From: an uncultured Acidimicrobiales bacterium
Lineage (GTDB): Bacteria > Actinomycetota > Acidimicrobiia > Acidimicrobiales > SHLQ01
Assembly (NCBI GenBank): GCA_938023735.1
Contig: CALJDK010000109.1
Coordinates: 11,125-75,124, forward strand
Direction of reading: 5' to 3'
Length of the DNA stretch: 64,000 nt
Part shown: one piece after another, positions 63,098 through 64,000 of the stretch
How positions within the stretch are numbered: position 1 is the first letter of the stretch
Layout: each line of letters begins with the position of its first letter
Translations under genes and position numbers: made by a program
Notes under the pieces: generated by a model
Seen by the model: the letters and a program-made list of their open reading frames with translations, nothing else
What the model was told of the DNA's origin: nothing
Databases searched by the model: none

Positions 63098-63973
63098 GTG
63101 AAACAAAACGTTGCAGTTCTAGGAACGGGTGCCATGGGGTCGCGTATTGCGGCCCGAATCGCCGAAGCTGGTCACACCGTCACCGTATGGAACCGGTCCC
63201 CGGCCGCGGCACGCTCGGTGGCTGAGGCATCGCCATCGATCACCGCGACGAGTTCGGCGCGTGAAGCTGTAGCCGGCGCGGAAGTGGTGGTATCGATGGT
63301 CGCTGACGACGAGGCCAGTCGTTCGCTCTGGCTCGACCCGGAAACCGGCGTTCTAGAGGTGGCTGGTGCCGCAGTCGCAGTGGAGTCGTCAACAATCACA
63401 CGCGGTTGGGCTGTTGCGTTGAGTGAAGCGGCAACTTCTGAAGGAGTTTCGTTTATCGAGGCGCCGGTCGTCGGCTCGAGACCTCAGGCAGACGCAGGGG
63501 CGCTGTTTGTCCTTGTTGGCGGCGAGGTCACGGTTCTCGACCAGGTTCGCCCGGTTCTTGATGCCTACGCGGGAGGGGTCCATCACGTTGGGCCGGTCGG
63601 CGCTGCTGCCGCTATGAAACTTGGGATCAACGGACTGTTTGGGATGCAGGTCGCCGCCTATGCCGAGATAGTCGGGATGCTTTCCAAGGCCGGTATCGAC
63701 AGGTCCGAAGCCGTTGGCCTTCTCGGTAATCTGCCGATCACTTCACCCGGCCTTCAACGGATTCTTGGTCTCTTCGAATCCGGCGATTTCAGTCCGAACT
63801 TTCCCATCGAACTCGTCGAGAAAGACTTCCGCTACCTCAGCCAGCTCGCCGACGACGCTAACGCCCCGACACCGATGGTCAAGGCTGCCTCTGCAGTATT
63901 CGCCCAAGGTGCCAGCGGTGCGCAGGCCGAACTGGACATAGCCGGTATCGCTGAGCTCTATATGCAGCAATAG
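63098..63973 (+). CDS. NAD(P)-dependent oxidoreductase, 3-hydroxyisobutyrate/6-phosphogluconate dehydrogenase-like
   Basis: VAVLGTGAMGSRIA Rossmann start, FIEAPVVGS and MKLGINGL blocks. GTG start 3 nt after the yceI stop. Confidence 0.8.
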   Translation: MKQNVAVLGTGAMGSRIAARIAEAGHTVTVWNRSPAAARSVAEASPSITATSSAREAVAGAEVVVSMVADDEASRSLWLDPETGVLEVAGAAVAVESSTITRGWAVALSEAATSEGVSFIEAPVVGSRPQADAGALFVLVGGEVTVLDQVRPVLDAYAGGVHHVGPVGAAAAMKLGINGLFGMQVAAYAEIVGMLSKAGIDRSEAVGLLGNLPITSPGLQRILGLFESGDFSPNFPIELVEKDFRYLSQLADDANAPTPMVKAASAVFAQGASGAQAELDIAGIAELYMQQ

Positions 63974-64000
63974 CGCCCTTCAACCCGATTGGCGCAAGCC

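Larger units (their letters stand above)
56186..64000. mobile_element. Candidate integrated accessory segment (left boundary approximate, right boundary beyond the window)
   Basis: A TA pair and a tyrosine integrase sit at its left end. GC content and third-position bias look lower by eye at 58-62 kb. The content is regulator/oxidoreductase cargo. No att repeats or tRNA were identified. Confidence 0.3.

Overview
This is a high-GC, actinobacterial-type chromosomal segment. Lineage markers are a deazaflavin/F420-type nitroreductase, TIGR03086/DinB-like proteins, a KstR-type operator and igr-like chsH2-chsH1-ltp2 synteny. A marine Acidimicrobiia-like host is plausible but cannot be proven from the sequence. 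I support about 60 protein genes and found no rRNA, tRNA or CRISPR array.

Layout:
- 1-17.5 kb: lipid/steroid-type catabolic genes. They include two amidohydrolase_2 paralogues, a CYP124/125-like P450 with an ankyrin protein, an AtsA-like sulfatase, ChsH2/ChsH1/Ltp2-like genes, a class II aldolase and an internally deleted amidase pseudogene.
- 17.9-35.2 kb: two paralogous three-gene ABC importers in mirror-image orientation. They flank an FAD oxidoreductase and a TauD-family dioxygenase and are followed by a PLP decarboxylase.
- 35.3-41 kb: sulfur assimilation and methionine genes. These are sulfite reductase with DUF4202, MetZ-like with a rhodanese, and MetB-like.
- 41-56 kb: mixed oxidoreductases and hydrolases, hrpA, engB, and a DddL-like cupin.
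- 56.2 kb to the window end: an apparently lower-GC accessory segment. It starts with a HigB/RelE-XRE toxin-antitoxin pair and a tyrosine integrase.

Most unusual observations:
- In both ABC systems the LivF-type ATPase is fused to a complete 12-TM MFS domain, and LivH+LivM+LivG form a single chain. The two MFS domains share a 71-nt perfect inverted repeat.
- A CTGAC-N5-GTCAG dyad occurs in two separate divergent promoter regions.
- A 170-bp intergenic array carries a 13-bp GGTGCCAGG(T/A)ACC motif, with dispersed relatives elsewhere in the window.
- A perfect KstR-type operator is present.

All calls rest on reading the translations and the DNA by eye. No database search or computation was run.
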